Below, one piece after another: positions 49,035 through 59,335 of a stretch of 64,000 bases of DNA. The stretch is from contig JAJYJM010000001.1 in assembly GCA_021789495.1 (NCBI GenBank), positions 89,004 to 153,003 on the forward strand, written 5' to 3'. Source of the stretch: Nitrospirota bacterium. Its GTDB lineage: Bacteria; Nitrospirota; JACRHJ01. Both the position numbers and the translations under genes were made by a program. How positions within the stretch are numbered: position 1 is the first letter of the stretch; the number at the start of each line of letters is the position of its first letter. The notes beneath the pieces are model-generated. The model worked only from the letters and a program-made list of their open reading frames with translations, did no database searches and was not told the origin of the DNA.

Positions 49035-49280
49035 TTATGCGTTCGCGCTTCCCTCTACGTGCGGAAGCTCGATCGTAGTGCCGCCGAAATAGCCATATAC
49101 GAGCTTCTCCTCGTCGATCAGCTCCTTAAGGGCCTCCTTCACGTCTTTCTTGGAGCACGCGGCCTCGCCGAAGTGCTCTATGACTTCCTGGGTAAGGTGG
49201 GGAACCTTCACCTGCTTTTTGCCGGCATAGGACTCCACCTTGTGGAACAAGTAGTCTTTTATCTCTTCTAAGGACGCCAT
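49035..49280 (-). CDS. dsrD: DsrD (dissimilatory sulfite reductase D, winged-helix)
   Basis: 81 aa, Lys/Glu-rich, directly downstream of dsrB. YGYFGGTTIEL is typical of the DsrD C-terminus. Confidence 0.7.
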   Translation of the reverse strand: MASLEEIKDYLFHKVESYAGKKQVKVPHLTQEVIEHFGEAACSKKDVKEALKELIDEEKLVYGYFGGTTIELPHVEGSANA

Positions 49281-49291
49281 TTTAGCACCTC

Positions 49292-50368
49292 TTAAAATTT
49301 AACGTGTGTAGAGGAATTGTACGTGCTGGACGCCAGGGTGTAGTCGTCGATATGGTACTTGGTGAATTCCAGGCCCGTCTTCTCGAAGAACTTCTGCCAG
49401 CCTATCCTGCCTATCCACTCGCCGACCCTCTCGTACTTCTTCGCGTCTTTCGCGTAGGTCTCGACGATGTTCTTGACCGCGCTCGTGACTTCCGGCCAGC
49501 GCGGCGGGTTGTTCGGGAGATAGGGTATCGCGAGCTTGGAGAACATCGGAGCGGTGCGGGAGTTGGAGACCTTGCCGCCAACCCATATCGAGATACCGTC
49601 GTTCAGCGGGTTCGCTATCGGCATCGCCGGGCAGACGGTGTAGCAGTTGCCGCAGTACATGCAGAGGTCCTCCACCACCTCGACCGTCTTCTTGCCGGCT
49701 ACCACCTTCGGGCGTATTGCTGCCTTCGGGCAGGAGGCGACGGTTGACGGGATTTCGCACATGTTGGCGAGCTTGTCATTATCTATCGTCGGCGGAGTCC
49801 TGTGGATGCCGAGGATGGCGATGTCGGAGCAGTGGACCGCGCCGCACATGTTGAGGCAGCATGCGACCGCTATCCTCAGGTGCGCGGGAAGCGTCATGGA
49901 CGTGAAGTAGTCGATAAGCTCGTCCATGGTGGCCTTCACCACTCCGGATGCGTCCGTCGCGGAGCTGTGGCAGTGAACCCAGCCCTGGGTATGGACGATG
50001 TTTGAGATGGAGTTACCCGTGCCGCCGACCGGCTGCCCCATCTTGGCGAGCTCGTCGATAATCGGCTGGATGTTGGCTTCCTTGTCCGTCATGAACTCGA
50101 CGTTGTTGCGGCTCGTGAACCTGAGATACCCGTCGCAGTACTTGTCGGCAAGGTTGCAGTAATCGCGTATCTTCTCGATGCTTACAAGCCTTGATGACGC
50201 CGCGCGGATGGTATACAGCTTGTCGCCGGTCTCCGAGACGTGCATCAGAACGCCCGGCTTGACTTTCTCGTGATACTTCCACTTGCCGTAGTTCTTCTTC
50301 ACCATAGGGTGGAGCATCTGTTCGTAATGGGGTGGCCCTATGTCTGTCTTTCTCTTCGGAGCTGCCAT
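49292..50368 (-). CDS. dsrB: dissimilatory sulfite reductase beta subunit
   Basis: Closely matches Desulfovibrio DsrB (DIGPPHYEQ...[10 protein letters not shown]...[11 protein letters not shown]...[13 protein letters not shown]). Confidence 0.9.
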   Translation of the reverse strand: MAAPKRKTDIGPPHYEQMLHPMVKKNYGKWKYHEKVKPGVLMHVSETGDKLYTIRAASSRLVSIEKIRDYCNLADKYCDGYLRFTSRNNVEFMTDKEANIQPIIDELAKMGQPVGGTGNSISNIVHTQGWVHCHSSATDASGVVKATMDELIDYFTSMTLPAHLRIAVACCLNMCGAVHCSDIAILGIHRTPPTIDNDKLANMCEIPSTVASCPKAAIRPKVVAGKKTVEVVEDLCMYCGNCYTVCPAMPIANPLNDGISIWVGGKVSNSRTAPMFSKLAIPYLPNNPPRWPEVTSAVKNIVETYAKDAKKYERVGEWIGRIGWQKFFEKTGLEFTKYHIDDYTLASSTYNSSTHVKF

Positions 50369-50470
50369 TTTCTCATTCCCTCCGTTTTTATTTATTCGTA
50401 GACCTGTTTACAATAAGTCGTTAATCCTGCTAATTCCGCCGGGGCGCTTTCACTCCGCCCCCGGCCACCA

Positions 50471-51649
50471 TTATTCTTCGTCGAAATACTCTTCGTAGAA
50501 GATATACGGGTTGGACCTCGGCTCCTTTATCATGGCGGGAGTAGGCTCAAGACCGACTTCCTCGACAAAGTTGCCCTTGCCGATACGGACGATCATCTCG
50601 CCTATGCGCTCCCTGTTCTCGCCGTGCTCATCCCAGAACTCCCATATGCGGCGGATAAGGTCCTTGAACTCCTCGTACGGCGGCTCCATTTTTATAAATG
50701 GAACCAGCACGGAAGAGAGCAGGGCGCCCTGGACAATAGGGGCCTTTGCGCCGAGAAGTATCATCGCGCCCTTGTCCTTGCCGGGGCGAAGAGCCTTCGG
50801 CATGACGTTTATGCAATGCATGCAGCGGTTGCAGTTCTTGTTGTCAATGGAGAGCTTGGAGCCGTCCCATGACATGCAGCCGGTCGGGCATTTCGCGACG
50901 ACGTCATTCGCTATATCCACCTTGCCGCCCTTGGCGTATTCCGTGATTGCGGCGTTGTCCTGCTGGATATCGTCCCTCCATGTGCCGATAATGGAGCAGT
51001 CGGAGCGAGCTATCGAGGCGACGCAGTCGTTCGGGCAGCCCGACATCTTGAACTTGAACTTGTACGGGAACGCCGGCCTGTGAAGCTCGTCCTGGTACTC
51101 GTTCGTCAGGTCGTAGCATAAGTTCATGGTGTCGTAGCAGGCGAACTCGCAACGGGCCATGCCGTTGCAGCAGGACGGGGTGCGGACGTCGGAGCCGGAG
51201 CCGCCAAGGTCCCAGCCGTGCTCGGAGAGGTCTGTGAATATGTCTTCGAGGTGGTCGGTAGTGGTGCCGAGCATGATGAAGTCGCCGGTCGAGCCGTGCA
51301 GGTTCGTAAGACCGGAGCCGTGCTTCTCCCAGAGGTCGCAGAGATAGCGGAGCGCGCCGGTGTTGTAGAACCATGCGGATGGCTGGTTCACGCGGACGGT
51401 GTGGAAGTGGGAGACGTTCGGGAACTTCTCCGGCGAATCGGAATAGCGGCCTATGATGCCGCCGCCGTAACCGCGGACGCCGACTATGCCGCCGTGTTTC
51501 CAGTGCGTCTTCTTGTCCTTGTAGGACATCTCAAGGAGACCCAGGAGGTCTTTGCACATGGCGTTCTTCGCGGCCATCCTCTTGATGTCCTTGATGAAGC
51601 TCGGCCATGGGCCGGTTTCAAGCTGGTCAATCATTGGGGTATCTGACAT
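50471..51649 (-). CDS. dsrA: dissimilatory sulfite reductase alpha subunit
   Basis: [17 protein letters not shown]...[11 protein letters not shown]...CEFACYD...[14 protein letters not shown]...[10 protein letters not shown]. 392 aa, shorter than the typical DsrA. Confidence 0.9.
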   Translation of the reverse strand: MSDTPMIDQLETGPWPSFIKDIKRMAAKNAMCKDLLGLLEMSYKDKKTHWKHGGIVGVRGYGGGIIGRYSDSPEKFPNVSHFHTVRVNQPSAWFYNTGALRYLCDLWEKHGSGLTNLHGSTGDFIMLGTTTDHLEDIFTDLSEHGWDLGGSGSDVRTPSCCNGMARCEFACYDTMNLCYDLTNEYQDELHRPAFPYKFKFKMSGCPNDCVASIARSDCSIIGTWRDDIQQDNAAITEYAKGGKVDIANDVVAKCPTGCMSWDGSKLSIDNKNCNRCMHCINVMPKALRPGKDKGAMILLGAKAPIVQGALLSSVLVPFIKMEPPYEEFKDLIRRIWEFWDEHGENRERIGEMIVRIGKGNFVEEVGLEPTPAMIKEPRSNPYIFYEEYFDEE

Positions 51650-51719
51650 CTACTTTCTCCTTTTCTGGTTATGAAACTAAACCTAAGAAAATGCCGAACC
51701 GGGCTATTCCTCACCTCCT

Positions 51720-52385
51720 TTATTCGTCGTTTTTCCGAATTTTTTCGAGCGCGTCGCCCGCGGCGCGCGCTACGCTAATATTTGTTAAGGCATCTCCCTC
51801 GTAAAGACTAATAACGGCTTCGTCCCCTGTAAGTTTCCCGAGGCCCTCTTTAGCCGCCGCGAAACGCATCCTGCCGAGCGCCCATGCGGAGAAGCCCCTT
51901 ATCACCGGCTCCGGGTCTTCAAGGAACTTCACGAGCGCCGGTCCCATCTCCGAAACCAGCGCAGGCTCGTCTTCCGCAAGCGCCCCGATGGCCCAGACGG
52001 AACCCGCGAGTATCGGCGTATTCCTGTTCGCGGGAAGGGAAACTTCCTCGTCGTCGGAGAGGTGGAGAACCGCTCGTATGGCGTCCCGCGCCATGCCCGG
52101 ATTATTTCTGTATATCTCCGCGATGGCCTGCGCGGAACACCAGCCTACGGTGCTCGATTCCTCGTTGAGGAACCATAGAAGCCGTCTCACCGCCGGCGCG
52201 AGGTCGGTACTGCCCTCAGCCGCAACCAGCCCCAGCAGCGTCACGGCCCTCCATCTGAGAAGCTCCTCCTCGGAATATAAAAGACCGAGCAGAATCCGCA
52301 GGTTTCCATGTCTTTTTTTAACGAGGTCCATCGCTTCCTGATACTTCCGGGCAAGCAGTAGTTCCGACAGGGTTTCCCTGTCCAT
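51720..52385 (-). CDS. HEAT/PBS-lyase-like repeat protein
   Basis: 221 aa of repeated helical LLxxLxDxxxxVRxxAxxALG-type units. Confidence 0.5.
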   Translation of the reverse strand: MDRETLSELLLARKYQEAMDLVKKRHGNLRILLGLLYSEEELLRWRAVTLLGLVAAEGSTDLAPAVRRLLWFLNEESSTVGWCSAQAIAEIYRNNPGMARDAIRAVLHLSDDEEVSLPANRNTPILAGSVWAIGALAEDEPALVSEMGPALVKFLEDPEPVIRGFSAWALGRMRFAAAKEGLGKLTGDEAVISLYEGDALTNISVARAAGDALEKIRKNDE

Positions 52386-52390
52386 GTTTA

Positions 52391-52687
52391 TTAAAGCCAG
52401 GTCATCGGCTTGTGCTGCTCGACAAGATCGACAAAATCGGCGTAGTCGATTACTTTCACGCCGGGGGTCAGGCTGCCCGCGAGGCCCCTCGCGGAAATGT
52501 CCGCGCCGAGCGCGTAGACCGGGTGGTCCTTAAGCGCGCCCTGGACAAGGCCCTCCACCGAGCCTCCAACGGCGGCGCCGAGCACGGCGTCTTCAATAAG
52601 CAGTATCGGGGCGTTCTTCTGCGCCACCCTGATGCAGCTCTCCAGGCTGCTTTTCATGTACGGAGATTTGTTTACTATGTGAAGCAC
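52391..52687 (-). CDS. dsrH: DsrH/TusB family sulfur relay protein
   Basis: 98 aa. MLHIVNKSPY..., VYAL..D..ARGL..., IDYADFVDL align well with E. coli TusB. Confidence 0.7.
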   Translation of the reverse strand: MLHIVNKSPYMKSSLESCIRVAQKNAPILLIEDAVLGAAVGGSVEGLVQGALKDHPVYALGADISARGLAGSLTPGVKVIDYADFVDLVEQHKPMTWL

Positions 52688-52703
52688 CTTGAAAGCCTCC
52701 TGT

Positions 52704-53060
52704 TTAAAAGGGCAGTATCACGTCCTGCTCTTCCATTATCTTGCCGATGCCCGCCGAATCCATCACCTCGACCGGTATTGCGAAATCATCCACCTTCAGG
52801 CCGCGTTTTTCCATGGATTCCTTGTCCACGTATATTTTCTCGCAGCCGTAGTCCTCAAGCACAGGCAGGGTCTGGAGAAATCCCTTTATGCCGAGTGCCG
52901 AGGTATCCTGCCCTTTTTTGAGGGAGAAAACGGCGTCGTCCATGTAGACGGCGGAGAGCTCGTTTTCGTATGCGCCGAAGATGAGGACGACTTCCAGCCC
53001 TTCCCAGGCGTATATCGTCCCGTGCGGGGCGTTCCTGTTCACGAACATTATCTTTGCCAC
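52704..53060 (-). CDS. dsrF: DsrF/TusC family sulfur relay protein
   Basis: 118 aa. NRNAPHGT...EGL, DDAVF, DVILPF match the TusC pattern. Confidence 0.7.
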   Translation of the reverse strand: MAKIMFVNRNAPHGTIYAWEGLEVVLIFGAYENELSAVYMDDAVFSLKKGQDTSALGIKGFLQTLPVLEDYGCEKIYVDKESMEKRGLKVDDFAIPVEVMDSAGIGKIMEEQDVILPF

Positions 53061-53080
53061 TTTTTAAATCTCCTTTCCTC

Positions 53081-53437
53081 TTAGTCTCCGAAGGTGACTA
53101 CGCGCTCCGCCTCGGTGCATATCTCGCTAAGCTGGCCCAGGCCGGATATTCTTGTATTATCGACTATAAGTTCCGGCTTCATCCCGCGCCTCTTGGCCGC
53201 CGCCACGCAGACGACTATGTCAACGCCCTTGGCCCCGAGCTCCGACCACCGCCTTGCGATATGCCTGTCGTCCTGCGGCGGCTCCATGTGCTTGGCGACG
53301 TTCGTAACCGCGTCGTCATAGAGAAAGACGCCCTGGATGGTATGACCCTTGGCCATTGCCGCTTCGATAAACTTGTAGGCGGTATCGGAGGCCTCGTGGT
53401 TATACGGGCCTTCCTGTATCATTACGCCTATTTTCAT
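53081..53437 (-). CDS. dsrE: DsrE/TusD family sulfur relay protein (conserved active-site Cys)
   Basis: 118 aa. VFLYDDAV...CVAAAKRRG matches the TusD/DsrE Cys motif. Strong AGGAGG RBS. Confidence 0.75.
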   Translation of the reverse strand: MKIGVMIQEGPYNHEASDTAYKFIEAAMAKGHTIQGVFLYDDAVTNVAKHMEPPQDDRHIARRWSELGAKGVDIVVCVAAAKRRGMKPELIVDNTRISGLGQLSEICTEAERVVTFGD

Positions 53438-53561
53438 TTCCCCCTCCTCTAAGATGTTCTTTCAGATATAAATTGCGTTGAAACCCCGCACTCTAAAACC
53501 TTGCATATCGACACGAGAAGCCATTCCTCTATCCGGGCATAACCAGCCCCCCGCCCCGGTT

Positions 53562-55340
53562 TTAACTTTCCGTCGCGCCTATCTTGCCGGCCTTCTGAAG
53601 GGCCTTGCTGAATATGTCGGCGGCCCTGGTCTTGTCGTATTTCGCGCAGGCGGAGGCAATCTTTGCAAGCAGGTCGGCTGAAGCGGCATTGTCGCTCACG
53701 GAAGAGGCGGACTTAACCGCCATGTCCCAGACCATCGGCGAGCGGTAATCGCCCTTGGCCGAGAAATCCGCCGCAATCTCGGAGAGGTAGCCAGCCTTCA
53801 TGTCGTCGTCGCCTTCCAGGCCCGCCGCGTAAGAGACGAACTGGTTCGGGTCCAGCCTGCAAAGCGCGACGGCTGTCTTCCATTGAAGCGCGTCGCTTTT
53901 AGCCGCGGCAGCCGCGGACGCGGCCCTTTTGTAGAGCTTTATGGCGGCGGCAGGGTCTGTCTGCTCCTTGAGCTTTGCGGCGGCGTAATATGCGCGCGCC
54001 TGCTCGTAAACCGCTTCGTCATTTGCGAACCTCGGCACGTCAATTTTGTCGAATTCTTTTTTGAATGCCTTGTCTCCGTCCTTTGAAGCCGCAGCCGCGA
54101 GCGACGCGTATATCGCGTCCTTTATGGCCGGATATTCCTCGTCTCCGGCCAGTTTCCCGGCCTTGTTGGGGTCGGAACCGACAAGCGAATCCGCCGTAAG
54201 CTCAAGCGCCTTAGCCCGGTCGTACGGATCCGATATCGCCTGGGCGGTCTCGATAACGCCGGACATGTCTGCGGCATTACAGCTTCCGCCCGCGGTGGCG
54301 GCCTTCATCATGGCTGCGAACTTGGCGTCGTTATGCTCTATCTTCGAGGCATATGCGTCCGCATCGTCTGGATTCGCTCCGGAAAGGGCCATTGCGACGT
54401 CGCTCATCGCATAAGACCTGGCGTACGGCTGCTTTATCGATGAGGCGATTTCTTCCGCCCTTGAGAACATGGTCCGGGACTTTGCGGCGTCGGAATCCTT
54501 CAGCGCGAGGGCGGCATTGGCGAGCGCCCTGGCGGAATACGCCATCAGGTCCCCTTTTTCCTTTGCGAGGACTGCCGCCTTTACTTCGGGAGGAGTCGAG
54601 TCGGTGATAAGGTCGCTCGTGGGTTCCATGTTAAGCACGGCCTCTGCCGCATCGCCCGCGGCGGCAAACGCGGAGGCCGCGTCGCCGGAGCCGTTCGCCT
54701 TCGCAGTCTTGCCCATTTCCATGTATGCCCAGGCCCTTATCCTTGGGTCGGAGATCTTCGCGGCGGCGTCCATGCCTGCCTTGAAATCAAGCTCCGCGAG
54801 CGCTGCGGAAACTCCGCGAAGGTCGAGGTCCCGGTATTTCGGGTCCGGTATGGACTCTGCGTCCTGCGCCGCCTGGTTAAGGATTCCAATCGCCTTCGCC
54901 TTGTCGAGCTTCGCTATGCCTTCGGCAATGGAGCGTATAACCCAGACGCGGGTGGAGTCGTTTGTAATCCTTTCAATCAGTGGGTCGATGGCCTCGTGGT
55001 CCTTAGGCCCCCACTCGCTCGACATCCGGCGCAACCCCGCCGCATATGTCTGGTTGGACTGCGCCCGAACCTGCGTCGCAAGTTTCAGGGCAGAGTCGAG
55101 GGTATCGGACGCGCCGGAGACTCCCTGCTCCGCCATCGCCATCCCAAGCTTTCCGAGCTCGAACGCTTTGAGGTTCATGTTGTCCAGGGTGTCCGCAGTC
55201 TTGCTCGCCTGAGAGACGGCTGCGGCCACCACCTTGGGGTCTGCCGAGTTGCCCTCCTTTTGTCCGTTATATTCGGAACAGGAGGAAAGGAAGGCCAGCA
55301 GCGTGACAGCACATGTTATTGCGAATATTCTTTTGAGCAT
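53562..55340 (-). CDS. Ala-rich lipoprotein of unknown function
   Basis: Lipobox LAFLSSCSE. 592 aa of Ala/Asp/Lys-rich helical repeats with no catalytic motif. Confidence 0.5.
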   Translation of the reverse strand: MLKRIFAITCAVTLLAFLSSCSEYNGQKEGNSADPKVVAAAVSQASKTADTLDNMNLKAFELGKLGMAMAEQGVSGASDTLDSALKLATQVRAQSNQTYAAGLRRMSSEWGPKDHEAIDPLIERITNDSTRVWVIRSIAEGIAKLDKAKAIGILNQAAQDAESIPDPKYRDLDLRGVSAALAELDFKAGMDAAAKISDPRIRAWAYMEMGKTAKANGSGDAASAFAAAGDAAEAVLNMEPTSDLITDSTPPEVKAAVLAKEKGDLMAYSARALANAALALKDSDAAKSRTMFSRAEEIASSIKQPYARSYAMSDVAMALSGANPDDADAYASKIEHNDAKFAAMMKAATAGGSCNAADMSGVIETAQAISDPYDRAKALELTADSLVGSDPNKAGKLAGDEEYPAIKDAIYASLAAAASKDGDKAFKKEFDKIDVPRFANDEAVYEQARAYYAAAKLKEQTDPAAAIKLYKRAASAAAAAKSDALQWKTAVALCRLDPNQFVSYAAGLEGDDDMKAGYLSEIAADFSAKGDYRSPMVWDMAVKSASSVSDNAASADLLAKIASACAKYDKTRAADIFSKALQKAGKIGATES

Positions 55341-55351
55341 CCTCAGACCTC

Positions 55352-55939
55352 TTATTCCTTTACGGTTTTCTTAAGCCCCAGGAAGAAAAGCAGGGAGACA
55401 ATCATCACCACGAGCAGGCCAAGCCCTATCACCTTTTCCAGCTTGTAGTCGTCGCGGAGCTTGTTTATCTTCTCGTAGATTTCTCCCATACCCTTTTTAA
55501 TTTTCAGGTTCGGTCCCGCGAAGGAATCTATGGAGTCCACGTCCTTCGTTCTCAGGTCTGCATACTTTATGTTGTATTTGACCAGGTCCGCCCGCATATA
55601 TTCCGGGTATCTCATGGTCTGCTCTTCGAGGTCGCTCAGGAACTGGTTGTATTTCAGGAGCCTGCTTTCCGTGAAATACTGCTCCTTCTTTATCTCGAAA
55701 AGCCCGGGGCAGAGCGTGCTCTTCTGCTCCTGATAGATGCTCCTGTCCCATTTCATCAGGCTCCCGAATGAGGCAATTTCGCCCGCGGTATGGCATTCGG
55801 CGCAGTAGTTGTCCTTGGCCGCCGCGTAAGCCGGGATAAAAAGCACGATGAGAACCGCTGCTATAAAAATTCCTCTTACTCTCCCTGTCACGGTATACTC
55901 CTTTTTATTAAGAGTAATGTCCCACGATTGTAAGGCCAA
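55352..55939 (-). CDS. membrane-anchored monoheme c-type cytochrome
   Basis: One CAECH heme-binding site, N-terminal and C-terminal hydrophobic helices. The start overlaps the upstream gene by about 30 nt and may lie downstream. Confidence 0.55.
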   Translation of the reverse strand: MALQSWDITLNKKEYTVTGRVRGIFIAAVLIVLFIPAYAAAKDNYCAECHTAGEIASFGSLMKWDRSIYQEQKSTLCPGLFEIKKEQYFTESRLLKYNQFLSDLEEQTMRYPEYMRADLVKYNIKYADLRTKDVDSIDSFAGPNLKIKKGMGEIYEKINKLRDDYKLEKVIGLGLLVVMIVSLLFFLGLKKTVKE

Positions 55940-56339
55940 CGAAAATTAAAACGCCGCCTATAATGGCAGCCTTGCCGAGCATTGACCGATTCTTCCAGCC
56001 CTTCGCCGGCCCCCTGTCAAGGAACGGCAGCAGGAAAAGCCCCGTTATCGCGAGCACCTGCACCCCCATGCCTATCAGTTCCGCCACGTCTCCGAAGATG
56101 GTGGTCGGGAACATCTTCAGCGTCTGGTACGCCGCAAGGAAATACCACTCCGGCTTCACGCCGAGCGGGGTGTTGGTGGTGTCAGCAGGCACCTCCGGCG
56201 GCAGGAAAAGCTTTGGAATAAAAAAGGCAATCAGGAAGAAGATGCCGATTATAATGGAGGCTATTATCCCCTTGTCTATTACGTCGTTCGGCCAGAAAGG
56301 TTCAAGCTCGCCTTTCCAGTTGTCCTTGTTATATTTCAT
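55908..56339 (-). CDS. cytochrome b C-terminal domain / b6f subunit IV-like protein
   Basis: PEWYFL motif, three transmembrane helices, 143 aa. Confidence 0.75.
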   Translation of the reverse strand: MKYNKDNWKGELEPFWPNDVIDKGIIASIIIGIFFLIAFFIPKLFLPPEVPADTTNTPLGVKPEWYFLAAYQTLKMFPTTIFGDVAELIGMGVQVLAITGLFLLPFLDRGPAKGWKNRSMLGKAAIIGGVLIFVGLTIVGHYS

Positions 56340-56354
56340 TCTCCATTCCTCTCT

Positions 56355-57020
56355 TTATAACTGCTCTTGAATGCCCGACCTTCTAATCATCATAAAGTGG
56401 AAGGCCATGAGAAGCGACATGACTACCGGAAGCGCCAGGTGCAGGGCGAAGAACCTGCCGAGCGTGGCGCCGGAAACCGCGTCCGCGCCGCGTATCACCT
56501 TCATCATTATCGGCCCGACGACAGGCACGACGGAGAACGAGGTCGTGAGAACCGTGACCGCCCAGTAGGAGAGCTGCGTCCAGGGAAGCAGATAGCCGGA
56601 GATTCCCATCATCATCGTGAGCATAAGAAGGGCGAAGCCTGACAGCCAGTGGAACTCCCTGGGGGCCTTGTACGCCCCGGTCATTATCACTTTCAGCATG
56701 TGTATCATCACGAGGAGTATCATGACGTTGGCGCCTATGGCGTGCAGACGTCTGAAGAGCCAGCCGAAATAGACGCCGTTGTCGATGAATACGACGCTGG
56801 AGAAGGCCTCCTTCGGCGAGGGCGTGTAGTAGATGAGGAGAAACGTGCCCGTGAGCACCTGGATTACAAAGAGTATGAGGGACATCCCGCCGAAGCAGCC
56901 GAAGAACTCGTACCACTTTTTGATAGTCGGGGCCTTCTTGGAAAACACCTCGTCGTCCAGCAGCTCGGAGATCCCCGTGCGGGAATCTATCCATTCAATC
57001 ACCTTGCTCATCCTATGCAC
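56355..57020 (-). CDS. cytochrome b6-like (cytochrome b N-terminal domain)
   Basis: 221 aa, four transmembrane helices, conserved His pairs (RRLHAIGANVMILLVMIHM). Confidence 0.8.
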   Translation of the reverse strand: MHRMSKVIEWIDSRTGISELLDDEVFSKKAPTIKKWYEFFGCFGGMSLILFVIQVLTGTFLLIYYTPSPKEAFSSVVFIDNGVYFGWLFRRLHAIGANVMILLVMIHMLKVIMTGAYKAPREFHWLSGFALLMLTMMMGISGYLLPWTQLSYWAVTVLTTSFSVVPVVGPIMMKVIRGADAVSGATLGRFFALHLALPVVMSLLMAFHFMMIRRSGIQEQL

Positions 57021-57498
57021 CTCCGACTATCAATTTGTCGCCGGCAATCTTGTAATCGAGCTTCTCGAGAGGCGCGGGAGGAGGACCGCCTTTGTTTATC
57101 CCGTGCTCGTCGTACCAGCCGTCATGGCAGGGGCACTTGAAAATCTTCTTGTCCGGTTCCCATTTTACCGTGCAGCCCAGATGGGTGCACTTCAGGGATA
57201 TAACCTCCAGTCCCGTCTTCCTGTTGAAGACCATGAAGGAATATCCGGCGTAAACGCCCTTCGCGGAACTTCCGACGGGTATATCCCCCAGGTTCATTAT
57301 CGCGGGTTCAGGCTTGCCTCTCTGGACGGGCGTGAAGGACGCCAGAAGCGGAACACCGACAAGCCCCGCGCCCAGCGCGCCTACGCATCCGGCGAAAGCG
57401 CCAAGGAAAGCCCGCCTTCCGGCCATGAATTTTCCACCGTGGTGCTCTTCGGGCACCGGGGCGGCGCCTTCTTTAGCGGTGTTTTTATTTTCTTCCAT
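57013..57498 (-). CDS. Rieske [2Fe-2S] iron-sulfur protein
   Basis: CTHLGC...CPCHDGW Rieske boxes. N-terminal Tat-like RR (AGRRAFLGA). Confidence 0.8.
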   Translation of the reverse strand: MEENKNTAKEGAAPVPEEHHGGKFMAGRRAFLGAFAGCVGALGAGLVGVPLLASFTPVQRGKPEPAIMNLGDIPVGSSAKGVYAGYSFMVFNRKTGLEVISLKCTHLGCTVKWEPDKKIFKCPCHDGWYDEHGINKGGPPPAPLEKLDYKIAGDKLIVGGA

Positions 57499-57514
57499 GA
57501 TTTGAGATCCCCCT

Positions 57515-57820
57515 TTATTCGTATCCTGAGACCCTTTTGACGCCTACATAATCATGGCAATTATTGCACGAGGTGTTCGCGTCGTGGCAGAGCATGCACT
57601 CGTGCTTGTTGTAGTCGCCTCTTTTAAGGATGTCCATGTGGTGGTCTTTCCAGTAATCGACCGGCTGATGGTATTCCGGGGAGAGGATTCCCGGAGGAAG
57701 CTTGAGCGCAAGCGGCCCCGTGCCCTTGAGCTCCGGCTTGGCGACTCGCTCGTTGGAACAGCCGACGGCGAAAACGGCCAGAAGGGATATAAACAGCAGG
57801 ACAAGGATTGGTTTCCTCAT
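57515..57820 (-). CDS. small diheme c-type cytochrome lipoprotein
   Basis: Lipobox AVGCS and two CxxCH motifs (CMLCH, CNNCH), 101 aa. Confidence 0.65.
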   Translation of the reverse strand: MRKPILVLLFISLLAVFAVGCSNERVAKPELKGTGPLALKLPPGILSPEYHQPVDYWKDHHMDILKRGDYNKHECMLCHDANTSCNNCHDYVGVKRVSGYE

Positions 57821-59323
57821 TTATATCCCCTCCTTCCCGCCGAGAACAATCGCGCGGCTGACGAGCTGGTGCACTCCGCCGACTTCCTCCATCTCATACC
57901 CGTAATACGGGAAGACCTTCGTGAACTGCGCCTTGCATATTGCGCAGATGAGCGCGAAGAAGTTTGCTCCGTGGCTGTCCTTGACGGCTTTATACGCCTG
58001 CATTCTCGGCATAACGCCTTTTATGCGAAGGTCGATTATCTCGTCGGCGAGCAGTCCTCCTCCGGCTCCGCAGCAGAATGTCTTTTCGCGGATGGTGTCC
58101 GGGTGCATGTCCACGAACTTGTTGCACGTGGCCCTGATTATCGCCCTCGGTATCTCGAACTGGCCTCCGGGACTGTTGCCCATCCTCGATGCGCGGGCCA
58201 CGTTGCAGGAGTCGTGGAATGTGACGACGAAATCGTCGTTGGCCGTCTTGTCGAGTTTCAGCGCCCCCCTGTTTATAAGGTCGTACGTAAACTCGCAGAT
58301 ATGCTGCGGCGCGGGATATTTCGGGTCGAGGGAATCGAACGGCCCGATGAGGGTATTCCAGAAGCTGTAGGCCACGCGCCAGGCATGGCCGCATTCGCCG
58401 TGTATAAGCCTCTTCGGCTTAAGTTCGTTTATTGCCACCTTTATCCTGCCGGCAATCTTGCGCATATGCTCGTAGTTTCCGTTGAACATGCCGAAATTGC
58501 CGGCCTCGGAGGCGTATGACGAGAGCGTCCATGAAATCCCCGCCTGGTGAAACACCTTCGCGTATCCGGCGAGCGACTCGACATGCGGCGTGGCGAAGAA
58601 ATCAGCCGAAGGGGTTATGAGCAGGACATCCGCTCCCTTTACGTCCATCGGGAACTTCACCGGGACGCCTGTCTGCTCCTTGACGTCTTCTTCCATGAAG
58701 TCGAGCGTGCTGCGGATGGCCGGGCCGGGCATTCCGAGGTTGTTGCCTATCGTTATAGCCTTGTTGATGGTCTGAAGAGGATATTTCGCGCCAAGACCAA
58801 CGGTGTCCATTATCTCCCTGGCGGCCATGGTTATCTCTGCGGTGTCTATGCCGTAAGGGCAGAAGAGCGAACAGCGCCTGCACTCCGTGCACTGGTAAAA
58901 ATAGGTATACCATTCTTCCATGACTTCTCTGGTTAGATCCTCCGCCTCGGCCAGCTTGCCCAATACCTTTCCGGCCGTCGTGAAGTAGCGGCGATAGACC
59001 TTCCGCAGGAGCTCAGCCCTCGCCACCGGCATATTGCGCGGGTCCTTTGTGCCGAGGTAGAAGTGGCACTTGTCGGTACATGCGCCGCACTTGACGCAGA
59101 TGTCCATGAAGACCTTGAGGGAGCGGTATTTCTTGAGAAGCTCGGCGAACTTGGCGACCGCCTTCTCTTTCCAGTCCGGGACAAGCTCCGTGGGAAAACC
59201 CAGGTCGGTCATGTCCTTCGCCGGCGCGTTATGGCTTTTTACAGCCGCCGCGGCGTCTTCTTTCAGGCCGGGTATCGCTATCTCACCGGTCAGTTCCGGG
59301 ACCTCAAACTTTACTTTTGCCAA
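57821..59323 (-). CDS. dsrK: DsrK (HdrD-like FeS/CCG-domain subunit)
   Basis: Two ferredoxin motifs (CVKCGACTDKC; CTECRRCSLFCP) and CCG-domain motifs (FCCGAGGG). Immediately downstream of dsrM. Confidence 0.75.
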   Translation of the reverse strand: MAKVKFEVPELTGEIAIPGLKEDAAAAVKSHNAPAKDMTDLGFPTELVPDWKEKAVAKFAELLKKYRSLKVFMDICVKCGACTDKCHFYLGTKDPRNMPVARAELLRKVYRRYFTTAGKVLGKLAEAEDLTREVMEEWYTYFYQCTECRRCSLFCPYGIDTAEITMAAREIMDTVGLGAKYPLQTINKAITIGNNLGMPGPAIRSTLDFMEEDVKEQTGVPVKFPMDVKGADVLLITPSADFFATPHVESLAGYAKVFHQAGISWTLSSYASEAGNFGMFNGNYEHMRKIAGRIKVAINELKPKRLIHGECGHAWRVAYSFWNTLIGPFDSLDPKYPAPQHICEFTYDLINRGALKLDKTANDDFVVTFHDSCNVARASRMGNSPGGQFEIPRAIIRATCNKFVDMHPDTIREKTFCCGAGGGLLADEIIDLRIKGVMPRMQAYKAVKDSHGANFFALICAICKAQFTKVFPYYGYEMEEVGGVHQLVSRAIVLGGKEGI

Positions 59324-59335
59324 TTTGAAATCTCC

